A DNA stretch of 64,000 bases from a virus. Location of the stretch: IMG/VR virus record IMGVR_UViG_3300028867_000005, positions 24,279 to 88,278 of that record. One strand, written 5' to 3'. Numbering within the stretch: the stretch's first letter is position 1; each line of letters begins with the position of its first letter. A model generated the notes under the pieces. The model worked only from the letters and a program-made list of their open reading frames with translations, searched no databases and was not told the origin of the DNA. Below, piece after piece: positions 19,899 through 29,191 of the stretch. Made by a program: the position numbers and the translations under genes.

Positions 19899-22800
19899 AT
19901 GAGCAAGACCATGTTGGGGACGTACCCTTTCAACGCATCTGCCAAGACTGTAGACCTGTCGAGCATCCCGGACTATACCTTTCAACAGTTGCGGCTCATC
20001 TACAACCTGACGGTACGGCTCCCCATTTACGTCAATACCAGCAGCACTTTCACGGGGTCGATGGATGGCGGCTCGCTGGTTTTCGACGCCAGCAATGCTG
20101 GAATGCAAAACACAGACGAACTGGAAATTATCTATGATGACCAGTCGGCACAGCCCGTATCTGTCACGAATCCCCCCGCTGACTATCCCTCGACCGAGAC
20201 TGTTGCCGCAATTGCAGAGACGAACACCGCAATTGCCAATTTGCAGACAGTGCTCAGCGAATTTTCTGCTAATCTTGCTGAGGTCACGAAGAATGTTGCC
20301 GTCACGTTAAACGGGCGTGCAACTACGGGTACTGGCGCCGTGGTATCAACTGACGGGAGTACGGTAACGTGGCCGCTTACCGGCGCATTGCTTAATGCGG
20401 TGCAGATGAGTAACACGCTCATCACTCCTGACCAGGGGCCAGTATTCATTGCTGTGAGTTGGCCGGCTGGCACGGAGCCGGAGTATGGCGAGTTTCAGTC
20501 CGTTCTCGCAGGATTCGTCGCTGCATATTATGATCCTGATCAAGTTGTCTCTAACGGGCTGTCAGGAGGCGCGCTGCCTTTAGCTACCGCGCAGGGTACT
20601 GTTGCTATTAGCCTGCCCCATTCTGTTGAATTCAATAATGGGTCTGGTAGCACCTACGCAGCTGACTATGACTTCGGTCCCGAGTGGGTCGTATTCATCG
20701 GCTACAATCCTGTCAATGGTCAAGTATTTATCCGTTCAGTGAAAGGCAGCCACATCACGAATGCCGGGCCGTTTAATACTGGTCTAACGGGCCTGCCTGT
20801 GCAGGCGTTTATCGGCGTGAGCATGTCCAGTTCGACGCCGGCCAATGCCGGGCTACAACTGCTGTCAAATGCCGGGCTTGCCGCTATTGCCGCATCATGG
20901 GGCGATTATTACTATGCGTGGCCAGGTTATACAAATGTAGCTGACCCTGACTTTCAGTTGCTGACCTATGACTATGAAACGCACGATGCGCTTGAGAGCA
21001 TTGAAACAGCGCTGACAACAGCAGTATCAAAGCTTTCGACCATCGCCACTAATTTGCCCGCCAAAGGGAGCGCTAATTCGGCCGCATCAATGCCCGTCAC
21101 TATCGCCACAGATGATGCGCAATGGGGTACTGACGGCACCGGCATTACGCAGCCAACCGGCGGCAGTGGGGCACGTGGCTGGTGGAGTGGGATCTACTCA
21201 CAGGCTCTGGCCATAGTCGCCAGCCTCGGCGGCGATGGGGCTGGCGAGTCTCCGGCGAACGGTACCGGCGTGCGCGGCTGGTTGCGATCCATTTATGATC
21301 GCTTGACGGCTGGCATCGGCCTCAATGCGGGCACCAATATTATCGGCAAGGTCGGCATTGACCAGACGACTCCGGGCACGACCAATGGCGTTGTCGTCAA
21401 TAATTCCGCCCTGCCTGCCGGCGCAGCTACCGATACTTCCGTGCAGGCCATCACAACCAGCCTCGGCACAAAGGCGGACTCGGCTGCATCGACTGACACT
21501 GGTACATTCAGCCTGATAGCCCTCACAAAGCGGCTGCTGACAAAAATTCCCGTGCTTGGCGCAGCAGCCACAGCCAGCAGTATGCCGACTACAGTCGCTA
21601 CTGACGATGCGCAATGGGGTACTGACGGCACCGGCATTACGCAGCCTGCCGGCGGCAGTGGGGCACGTGGCTGGTGGAGTGGGATCTACTCACAGGCTCT
21701 GGCCATAGTCGCCAGCCTCGGCGGCGATGGGGCTGGCGAGTCTCCGGCGAACGGTACCGGCGTGCGCGGCTGGTTGCGATCCATTTATGATCGCTTGACG
21801 GCTGGCATCGGCCTCAATGCGGGCACCAATATTATCGGCAAGGTCGGCATTGACCAGACGACTCCGGGCACGACCAATGGCGTTGTCGTCAATAATTCCG
21901 CCCTGCCTGCCGGCGCAGCTACCGATACTTCCGTGCAGGCCATCACAACCAGCCTCGGCACAAAGGCGGACTCGGCTGCATCGACTGACACTGGTACATT
22001 CAGCCTGATAGCCCTCACAAAGCGGCTGCTGACAAAAATTCCCGTGCTTGGCGCAGCAGCCACAGCCAGCAGTATGCCGACTACAGTCGCTACTGACGAT
22101 GCGCAATGGGGTACTGACGGCACCGGCATTACGCAGCCTGCCGGCGGCACCGGCATCCGGGGGTGGCTGAGCGGGATTTTTAACCTGCAAAACAGCACTG
22201 TCAGCGGCGGCCGAGTGCAGACACGCGCACTCACAGCGGCTACCGACACCGTGACTATTGTGGCTTCAGACACGACGCCCAGCACCCAGACCATTACAGC
22301 GGCCGATGCTGCAACAACATCCGCCACAGGACAGGGCAGCCAAATCATCTACACCGGCACACCGACAGCAAACAGCGTCGCGCAGTTCACGCTGGCTGGC
22401 CAGCAGACGGTCGGCCTTCAGCTTACAGGGGTCGTCGCAGGTAATCTGTACCAGGTCGAAGTCAGTATTGATGGCACCAACTGGTATCTACGCACGCTAA
22501 CCCTAAGCGCCATAACCTGGGCCAACATTTCCGCGAATTGCCTGGGATCGGTCAATGTCGCCGGTATGAAATATCTGCGCGTCCGGTGCACGACGTATGT
22601 CAGCGGGACGGCAACCGTGGCACTGACAGAAAGCCTGAATGAAAGCAATATTACGGTCAGCGCACCGGCAGACATCGTCTATCCGACAGCATCAATCACC
22701 GCTACCGGGTTTTATTTGTTTCCTGTTCCGCAGGGCTATCAGTCCGCGCAGTTTTCTATCTATGGCACTTTCTCTGCCACGATGACATTCGTCGGGACTG

Positions 22801-23549
22801 TAGATAGTGCTGGCGTCACTGCGTTTTCAGCGGGGGCCATCCTCACCAATGCGGTGTCCTCGACGGGGGGAACGAGCAGCACGACCGGCGCCGGCAACTT
22901 TGAGCTTGCTATTCCAGTTGGGTCGAAGTATGTCGGCGTGCTCGTTACTGCATACGCCTCTGGCACTGTCAGTCTCAGTGTTTCTTTGAGCACGAGAGCC
23001 GCTCGCGTGTATTCCACAGGCAGTTCTGTCAGCGTGACTTCCGCTACTGGCGGCATCCTCGGCCTGACAGGCACCGCCTCGGACGGCATGTCCATCAGCA
23101 CGTCCGCCCTGAATGTTGCGCAGCAGATGAGCTACAACGGGTCGAATTATGACCGCCTGCGCAACAACACCAGCGGCACGATTACCGCGAGTGGTGCGAT
23201 CACGTCGTCGGCCGGCTCAACCGCGCAGACCAATTACAATGCCAAGGGCGTCATTGTCACTCTGAACATCACCGCGTATTCCGGCACGTCGCCCACGATT
23301 ACCCTGCAGTTGCAGACGCAAGACGCGGCCGGCAACTGGGTCAACATCCCTGGCGCGGCTACCGCGACTATCTCAGCAGCCAATGGCAGCTACGTGCTGG
23401 TCCTTTATCCAGGCATCGCCGCCTATTCCACCTCGCCGGGGTGGGCTGTAAGCGGGGCCTTGCCGCGCAACTGGCGTGTGTACAGCACGATTGGAGGCAG
23501 CGGTTCTCCGTCGATAACCTGCTCGCTTGGTTACAACTACATTCTGTGA
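19899..23549 (+). CDS. long Thr/Ala/Gly/Ser-rich fibre or decoration protein
   Basis: 1216 aa, beta-rich composition, 164-aa internal repeats, several C-terminal beta-sandwich-like domains. Confidence 0.7.
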   Translation: MSKTMLGTYPFNASAKTVDLSSIPDYTFQQLRLIYNLTVRLPIYVNTSSTFTGSMDGGSLVFDASNAGMQNTDELEIIYDDQSAQPVSVTNPPADYPSTETVAAIAETNTAIANLQTVLSEFSANLAEVTKNVAVTLNGRATTGTGAVVSTDGSTVTWPLTGALLNAVQMSNTLITPDQGPVFIAVSWPAGTEPEYGEFQSVLAGFVAAYYDPDQVVSNGLSGGALPLATAQGTVAISLPHSVEFNNGSGSTYAADYDFGPEWVVFIGYNPVNGQVFIRSVKGSHITNAGPFNTGLTGLPVQAFIGVSMSSSTPANAGLQLLSNAGLAAIAASWGDYYYAWPGYTNVADPDFQLLTYDYETHDALESIETALTTAVSKLSTIATNLPAKGSANSAASMPVTIATDDAQWGTDGTGITQPTGGSGARGWWSGIYSQALAIVASLGGDGAGESPANGTGVRGWLRSIYDRLTAGIGLNAGTNIIGKVGIDQTTPGTTNGVVVNNSALPAGAATDTSVQAITTSLGTKADSAASTDTGTFSLIALTKRLLTKIPVLGAAATASSMPTTVATDDAQWGTDGTGITQPAGGSGARGWWSGIYSQALAIVASLGGDGAGESPANGTGVRGWLRSIYDRLTAGIGLNAGTNIIGKVGIDQTTPGTTNGVVVNNSALPAGAATDTSVQAITTSLGTKADSAASTDTGTFSLIALTKRLLTKIPVLGAAATASSMPTTVATDDAQWGTDGTGITQPAGGTGIRGWLSGIFNLQNSTVSGGRVQTRALTAATDTVTIVASDTTPSTQTITAADAATTSATGQGSQIIYTGTPTANSVAQFTLAGQQTVGLQLTGVVAGNLYQVEVSIDGTNWYLRTLTLSAITWANISANCLGSVNVAGMKYLRVRCTTYVSGTATVALTESLNESNITVSAPADIVYPTASITATGFYLFPVPQGYQSAQFSIYGTFSATMTFVGTVDSAGVTAFSAGAILTNAVSSTGGTSSTTGAGNFELAIPVGSKYVGVLVTAYASGTVSLSVSLSTRAARVYSTGSSVSVTSATGGILGLTGTASDGMSISTSALNVAQQMSYNGSNYDRLRNNTSGTITASGAITSSAGSTAQTNYNAKGVIVTLNITAYSGTSPTITLQLQTQDAAGNWVNIPGAATATISAANGSYVLVLYPGIAAYSTSPGWAVSGALPRNWRVYSTIGGSGSPSITCSLGYNYIL
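21114..22149 (+). repeat. 492-bp near-perfect tandem repeat, about 2.1 copies
   Basis: GATGCGCAATGGGGTACTGACGGCACC starts at 21114, 21606, 22098. Confidence 0.95.
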
Positions 23550-23556
23550 GGCCTAC

Positions 23557-23763
23557 ATGATCCTGACCGCCGTTTGTCAGTTTACGTACACCGACCCTGT
23601 GTCCGGCGACACCCAGCAAATCGCGCAGGGGCAGCAAATTGCGGACGACACAATGACCACGAATATCGTCGCGAATTACGTCAATGTGGCAGACCCGAAT
23701 AATCCCGGATCGACAATCCAGATCGACAACGTGATGCGCACCTACGTCGTTGTCAGCGGTTAA
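23557..23763 (+). CDS. small hypothetical protein
   Basis: MILTAVCQF start after GAGG. Confidence 0.6.
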   Translation: MILTAVCQFTYTDPVSGDTQQIAQGQQIADDTMTTNIVANYVNVADPNNPGSTIQIDNVMRTYVVVSG

Positions 23764-23821
23764 ATTTTTGGCGTAGCGTGGGCAGCCTGAACGAGATGTC
23801 CACCTGATTCCTTTAAACCTT

Positions 23822-23836
23822 TCGGGACTCCAGAAT
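23822..23836 (+). promoter_or_regulatory. putative late promoter TCGGGAC-TC-CAGAAT
   Basis: Motif copy upstream of the protease-scaffold-capsid operon. Confidence 0.65.
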
Positions 23837-23862
23837 AGGCCTATCACGGATGTAGGCCTCCT

Positions 23863-24762
23863 ATGCAAGACCACGGTGCAGATAGCGGCTTTCTCAGCGT
23901 AACCGACATGCTCAAATCCACCCCCGTTATGGAGGGTGGTATCCGCTACGTCTACATCGAGGCCAGCAATGAGCACCTGGACTACCAGAACGAGGTCATT
24001 CTCGCTGAGGCCCTGGGCAACAGCGCTGACTACTATCTCAAATTTGGCAATCTGGACATCGACCACTTCACTCAGATTGGAGCCAAGCTCGGCATTCCAA
24101 ACTACTCCTACTATGAAATTGGCCGGCCAGAAGAGGTCAAGGTAAAGGACGGCAAAACCTTCGTGAAGGGCCGTATCTTCACCGGCGAAGGCCCTGCAGC
24201 CGAACAGGCAAATGCCTTTTGGGCGTCCATCACCACTCTGAATCCTCCCCAGCGCTGGTATCCATCCGTTGGCGGCGTCGTCGAGGAACGGGAAGAAGGT
24301 ATAGACCCTTCGACCAAAGCCAAGAGAGTGATCGTGCGCAAGGTGCGCTGGACAAACATAGGCTTCAGCAAGACCCCGGTGAACCTGAATGTCCCGTGCG
24401 TGGCCACAGTCCCGTTCGGTGTGCTGGCCAAATCGCTGATGGCCGGCTCCGCAAAACACTTCGGTATCGACCTGACCAAAGCGCTCGAGGCTGGCTACGG
24501 CACTGATTCAGCATCCCTTTCCGGCGGCGCAGCTCTGCGCAAACAGTCCCTGTATGGCAAGACAATCAACTACTGGGACTTCCGCGAGGGGTTAGCAAAA
24601 AATTTACGGGACAATAAAGTCGGACCTAATCCGGGCGCCGAAGACCTGTGTGGCCATGCGATGGCTACCTATGGTTTGTCCAAGGCAGATGCCGCGGAAT
24701 ATATCGAGCGGTTTATGGGCGACCTGAAAACCGGAATGAAAAGCACACGGAGCAAGAAATGA
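23863..24762 (+). CDS. prohead protease
   Basis: EASNEHLDYQNEVI, DIDH, PSVGG, KTPVN pattern of HK97/U35-type proteases; sits before scaffold and capsid. Confidence 0.75.
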   Translation: MQDHGADSGFLSVTDMLKSTPVMEGGIRYVYIEASNEHLDYQNEVILAEALGNSADYYLKFGNLDIDHFTQIGAKLGIPNYSYYEIGRPEEVKVKDGKTFVKGRIFTGEGPAAEQANAFWASITTLNPPQRWYPSVGGVVEEREEGIDPSTKAKRVIVRKVRWTNIGFSKTPVNLNVPCVATVPFGVLAKSLMAGSAKHFGIDLTKALEAGYGTDSASLSGGAALRKQSLYGKTINYWDFREGLAKNLRDNKVGPNPGAEDLCGHAMATYGLSKADAAEYIERFMGDLKTGMKSTRSKK

Positions 24763-25478
24763 GCGAATTTACCAAGCTGCTGGGCGAGTTGAAGGCTGAA
24801 ACTGAAGCCCTGACCAAGGCGCTCCCCTCCGGCGAAAGCAATGCCGAAGACAAGACCGTCGCCGCTGCTGCTGCCGATGGCGCCGCTACCAGTGCTGCCG
24901 CCGCCAAGCCTGGCGAGAAGCCCGGTGCCGAAGGCGATGAAAACCCTCCCTCTGCCACCGCCGATGGCGATGACGATGACCTCACCATGGGCAAGTCCAT
25001 GCAGGCCATTATCGACGGCAAGACCGTTGATGTGGTCGATGGTACTGAAATGGTCAAGGCTCTCAACTCCAAGGTGCTGGCTGCCCAGGCTGACCTGGTG
25101 GCTGTAATGCCTGTCCTTCAGGCCCAGGCCAATCTGCTCAAGGCGCAGAACGCCACCATCGCTACCCTGACCGGCCGCGTCGGCGATATGCAGAAGGCGC
25201 TGAATGCATACGCCAACGGCGGTGCTGGCCGTCGCACTGCGCTGACTTCCGCCGCTCCTGCTGCTGACGGTGGTGCTGCCGCTGCTGCCTCCAGTGGTGG
25301 CGTCGATATGACCAAGGCCCTGGGCGGCCTGTCGGGCAAGGATTTTCTGGCCAAGTCGCTGGATGCCATGAAGGCCGGCAAGATTTCCGGGGACCAGCTG
25401 CGTATGGCTGAAACCACCCTCAATCATGGCCAGCCCATGAATCCCGAGTTCGTCAAGCTGGTGCTTGGCGCGAAGTAA
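24759..25478 (+). CDS. scaffolding protein
   Basis: Start MSEFTK at 24759 (ATGA); Ala-rich coiled coil between protease and capsid; many [LM]xK[AS] sites. Confidence 0.7.
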   Translation: MSEFTKLLGELKAETEALTKALPSGESNAEDKTVAAAAADGAATSAAAAKPGEKPGAEGDENPPSATADGDDDDLTMGKSMQAIIDGKTVDVVDGTEMVKALNSKVLAAQADLVAVMPVLQAQANLLKAQNATIATLTGRVGDMQKALNAYANGGAGRRTALTSAAPAADGGAAAAASSGGVDMTKALGGLSGKDFLAKSLDAMKAGKISGDQLRMAETTLNHGQPMNPEFVKLVLGAK

Positions 25479-25519
25479 GCGGTACTGGCAAACATTGCAA
25501 TAACAGGAGTTTAAATAGC

Positions 25520-27001
25520 ATGAATCTGAATCCGGGCATCCTGCCCAACATTGCAGCCGGTACTTCCACTTCCGGCTCCATGGGCGCTTCCGATTTCGAC
25601 GGTATCGCCTCGCTGTACAAGGCCCTGGAAGCAGGCTATGGCACGGACGTTTCCACCCTGACCGGCGGCGCAGCTCTGCGTATCCAGTCCCTGGAAATGA
25701 CCATGCTGTCGACGATCCAGGAAAACAAGCATTTTGCCCTCTTCAATGAGCTGGCGAAGACCAACGCAACGGCGACCGTGGATGAATGGACTGAGCAGTC
25801 CAGCGTCGGCGGCTTCCTCGGTGGCTCGACCAACACTGAAACCGGCAACATCAACAACGCGCAGGGCGTGTACAACCGTCGTGTTGGCCTGGTCAAGTAC
25901 CTGATGACTCGCCGTGAAGTGTCTTTCGTGACCACCCTGGGTAACAACCTGGTTGGCTCGGAAGCCGTGGAACAGCAGAATGGTGCTCTCCAGCTCCTGA
26001 CCGATGCCGAGTTCCTGTCTTTTGAGGGTGACAGCAACACGGTCCCGACCGAGTATGACGGCATCCGTTCGCAGATTGTGAACGCTGTCAATGCTGGCAC
26101 CATCGACGGTACCCACGTCGTGGATGCGCAGGCCACCAGCCTGAACAGCGTCACACTGATCAGCAAGGCGGCTGCCGAAATCGCCGCTTACGGCAACTTC
26201 GGTACCCCGACCCACCTGTTCATGTCCCAGCTCTGCCAGTCCGATTTTGACACCGGCCTGGACCCGGCTTTCCGCGTCCCGCTGACCGACATGCCCAATG
26301 GCGGTATCTCCATCGGCTCCCCGGTGGTCGGTATCCGCACTTCCTGGGGTAACATCAAGACCGTCCCGGACGTTTTCGTCCGTGACGGTGAGCAGATGCT
26401 GCCGTTTGAGCTGTCCTTCCCGACGATTGCTGCTGCCAACACCTTTGTGCCGGCTGGCGTGACTGTCGATGCCTCGGCCACCGATGCCTCCAGCATGTTT
26501 GCCGGCGTCAGTGTTGGCCTGTACTACTGGTATGTTGTCGGCGTGAACAATGCCGGTCAGTCCACCGGTGTGATGACTGCGCAGACTGCTGTTGCTGCCG
26601 GCAAGAAAGTGACGCTGACCATTTCCAAGTCGGTCGCCGGCACTGAAACCGGTTACGTTATCTACCGCAGCCGTGTCGGTGGCACGAATGCTCTGGCTGA
26701 CCTGCGCCAGATCCCGGTGCGCATCCCTGCCACTGGCGCCACCACGGTCTATACCGATTACAACCGTGATATCCCCGGCACCACCACGGCTTATGTGCTG
26801 AACATGAGCCCCGGTGCCAAGGCGATCACCTGGCGCCAGCTGCTGCCCATGCTGAAGTTCCCCCTGTATCCTACTCAGGCGGCTACCGTGCCATGGGCTC
26901 AGCTGCTGTTCGGGTACCTGCGTATCGGCAAGCTGAAGCATCATGTGGTGATCAAGAACGTGCTGCCGAATGGCGCACCGTGGCGTCCGTTCAACGTCTA
27001 A
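25520..27001 (+). CDS. major capsid protein
   Basis: KALEAGYG...GAALRIQSLE N-terminus, EGDS...EYDGI motif, Fn3-like insertion; strong AGGAG RBS, biased codons, followed by terminator. Confidence 0.88.
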   Translation: MNLNPGILPNIAAGTSTSGSMGASDFDGIASLYKALEAGYGTDVSTLTGGAALRIQSLEMTMLSTIQENKHFALFNELAKTNATATVDEWTEQSSVGGFLGGSTNTETGNINNAQGVYNRRVGLVKYLMTRREVSFVTTLGNNLVGSEAVEQQNGALQLLTDAEFLSFEGDSNTVPTEYDGIRSQIVNAVNAGTIDGTHVVDAQATSLNSVTLISKAAAEIAAYGNFGTPTHLFMSQLCQSDFDTGLDPAFRVPLTDMPNGGISIGSPVVGIRTSWGNIKTVPDVFVRDGEQMLPFELSFPTIAAANTFVPAGVTVDASATDASSMFAGVSVGLYYWYVVGVNNAGQSTGVMTAQTAVAAGKKVTLTISKSVAGTETGYVIYRSRVGGTNALADLRQIPVRIPATGATTVYTDYNRDIPGTTTAYVLNMSPGAKAITWRQLLPMLKFPLYPTQAATVPWAQLLFGYLRIGKLKHHVVIKNVLPNGAPWRPFNV

Positions 27002-27027
27002 ACCAAGGCGTTGTGATGTAGCCCGAC

Positions 27028-27051
27028 AAGAGGCCCTTCGGGGCCTCTTTT
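27028..27051 (+). terminator. rho-independent terminator
   Basis: AAGAGGCCC-TTCG-GGGCCTCTT-TT. Confidence 0.85.
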
Positions 27052-27078
27052 CATAAATGATGATAATGGAGAGAGAAA

Positions 27079-27429
27079 ATGGCACAGGTCCGCCTGCGTT
27101 GCACCACACCGAATGCATCCCTGCTGATCAGCGGAATTGCGTTCACGGCTGCTACTGACGCCCTCGGTGGCGTCGTTTCCGGTCCCATCGAAGACACGGA
27201 TGCCGCTTACTTCAAGGACATCCCAGGTTTTATCATCGAGCCGCCCAACGGCCCGGTAAAGAAAAAGCTTGTGCCGCCGGCTACCCCGGTCGCTCCGCCG
27301 GCTATTACGCCTCCGGCTGAGGGCGGTGAACAGCAGACCCTGCAGGTCGATGGTGGCGATGGCGCCGCCATTGATCAGGGTAACGCTGCTGATACCGGCG
27401 CCCCGGTCGCTGGAGCCGAAGGCCAGTAA
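27079..27429 (+). CDS. hypothetical virion-associated protein
   Basis: GGAGAG RBS; directly after capsid gene; Pro/Ala-rich tail. Confidence 0.7.
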   Translation: MAQVRLRCTTPNASLLISGIAFTAATDALGGVVSGPIEDTDAAYFKDIPGFIIEPPNGPVKKKLVPPATPVAPPAITPPAEGGEQQTLQVDGGDGAAIDQGNAADTGAPVAGAEGQ

Positions 27430-27495
27430 GATTTTGTTGGGTAGCCGTCCCCATCGCGGCTGCTCAACTCTGAATGATGGGTCTACAAGAAGGAA

Positions 27496-27747
27496 ATGAT
27501 CATGCCTCTGATTACTATTGCAAACCCGCCCGGTCGTGACGTGATCCATGAGCTTGATCACAGCATGCCGGCCGCATTCCATGCTCAGCTCGGTCTGTTG
27601 CTCAAGACTATCGTGGCGCAGGTAAACGCCAACACCACAGCCATCAATGCTCTGGTGGCCAGTGTGAATGGCATCTGCGTGGCGCTGGATGCAGTGCCCG
27701 TCGCCGGCAGCTTCGTAGCTACCTATGGCGACCTGACTGGCGTGTAA
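27496..27747 (+). CDS. hypothetical protein (short coiled coil, possible head fibre)
   Basis: 83-aa ORF, AAGG RBS. Confidence 0.6.
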   Translation: MIMPLITIANPPGRDVIHELDHSMPAAFHAQLGLLLKTIVAQVNANTTAINALVASVNGICVALDAVPVAGSFVATYGDLTGV

Positions 27748-27800
27748 AAACAGCCGGCCTGAAAGTGGCCGGCCCCAATTCCATTCTCTTGGCGGCCATT

Positions 27801-28559
27801 ATGACGATTTTTACCAATATGGAAGTCGACGTAGCCAAGGTGAAGTCGCGCATCAATGGTGTGATTCTGGGGTATCTCGGCTGTATGCCGGCCGACGAGA
27901 TTATCGAAGACGCACTTCTGGCTGCCGAAGGTGATGTAAAGCGCAAGCTTCGCGTCTTCCTCGAGCCCACATGGCTTATCCCTCCGTCTGATTTGGATAG
28001 CGTCCCCGCGCTTGATGAGGCCGGCACGGCTTATGAGCTGGAGCCAGGGTATGACTATGACCCGTCTTTCTTTGAAGGGGAGAAGTGGGGACTACTGGTG
28101 ACCCGTCAGAACCGGATCATCCAGGTAACTGAGCTAAAATTTGTCTACCCACTGCCACTGACCACAGTTTGGTCGATCCCCATGGAGTGGCTGCGCATCG
28201 ACAATAAGTATGGGCGCATCAATCTAGTGCCTTCCACGGCAGCGTTCTCCGCGCCACTATCGGTCTACATAATGAATGTGCTGGGGGGTGGGCGCACCAT
28301 TCCCCAGATGCTGCATTGCAAATATCAGGCAGGCCTGAAAGATGTACGCAAGGACTGGCCCGACATTATATCGACCCTGTACCGCATGGCCATTCTGCGT
28401 ATCCTGAATGACAATTTTGTGCCTCAGTCAGCATCTATCAGTGCCGACGGCCTCTCGCAGTCGCGTAGCCTGGACCTGAAGTCCTATGCAGATAGTATTG
28501 ATACGACATTGGAGCGTATCCGACAGGAACTCCACGGCGTGGTCATGGGGTTTGTATGA
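27801..28559 (+). CDS. head-tail adaptor / neck protein
   Basis: Start MTIFTN at 27801; YDYD, YQAG, SISADGLSQS motifs; position after capsid. Confidence 0.65.
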   Translation: MTIFTNMEVDVAKVKSRINGVILGYLGCMPADEIIEDALLAAEGDVKRKLRVFLEPTWLIPPSDLDSVPALDEAGTAYELEPGYDYDPSFFEGEKWGLLVTRQNRIIQVTELKFVYPLPLTTVWSIPMEWLRIDNKYGRINLVPSTAAFSAPLSVYIMNVLGGGRTIPQMLHCKYQAGLKDVRKDWPDIISTLYRMAILRILNDNFVPQSASISADGLSQSRSLDLKSYADSIDTTLERIRQELHGVVMGFV

Positions 28560-29191
28560 ACCTGAGCCCGCAGGATTTCAATAATTTCCTGGACGGCATT
28601 GGGCAGGATTTTCAATGGCGCAAGTCCTATGCCTGTCCCTGCATCAACCAAGCTACCGGATCGCCTCGCGGTGACTGCCTTCAGTGCGACGGGAAGGGGC
28701 GCCTATGGGTGGCACCGGTGCCAGGTACGGCTGGCGTGGCAGGCCAGTCTGTGCAGCGCAAATGGGCAAACTTTGGGCAGTATGAGTTGGGTGATTGCGT
28801 GGTAGCAGTAGGGAGCAATTCCCCGCTTTACGGCATAGGCCAGTTTGACCGGGCGCTGATGCTGGATAGTAACGAAGAGTTTTCGCTCTCTTTAATCCGC
28901 GGTGCCCGCAATGAGCGCCTGCGCTTCCCGGTTATCTGCATTGACCGAGTATTCTGGCTGAATGATAGCCAGGACATTGTCGAGGGGGGTCTGCCTGAAC
29001 TTGATGCTGACGGCAACCCTACTTGGCCCGAAGGGGGCGCTCCACCGGATAAAACCCAGTATTCTATTTCTGGGCGCCGCCAGGTCGAGTATTACTGCTG
29101 GGGCCAGCTCCCCAGCACGCGCAATGAGCACCACGGCCTACGTCTGCCGATAAAGTGTGTACTCCGGCGTTTTGACCTGTTCGGCCGCTGA
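28556..29191 (+). CDS. neck / head-closure protein with CPC...CxxC motif
   Basis: WRKSYACPC...CLQCDGKG; ATGA coupling. Confidence 0.6.
   Translation: MNLSPQDFNNFLDGIGQDFQWRKSYACPCINQATGSPRGDCLQCDGKGRLWVAPVPGTAGVAGQSVQRKWANFGQYELGDCVVAVGSNSPLYGIGQFDRALMLDSNEEFSLSLIRGARNERLRFPVICIDRVFWLNDSQDIVEGGLPELDADGNPTWPEGGAPPDKTQYSISGRRQVEYYCWGQLPSTRNEHHGLRLPIKCVLRRFDLFGR

Noticed and set aside
19754-22149. Tandem repeats as CRISPR array or DGR template/variable repeats
   Set aside because: In-frame coding repeats without spacers; no adenine-specific variation, no reverse transcriptase or cas genes
25511-27118. 535-aa minus-strand ORF
   Set aside because: Antisense shadow of the strongly biased capsid gene
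27534-27548. TCGTGAC inside the 27496 gene as another late promoter
   Set aside because: Following hexamer (GATCCA) lacks the conserved Y and final T; intragenic
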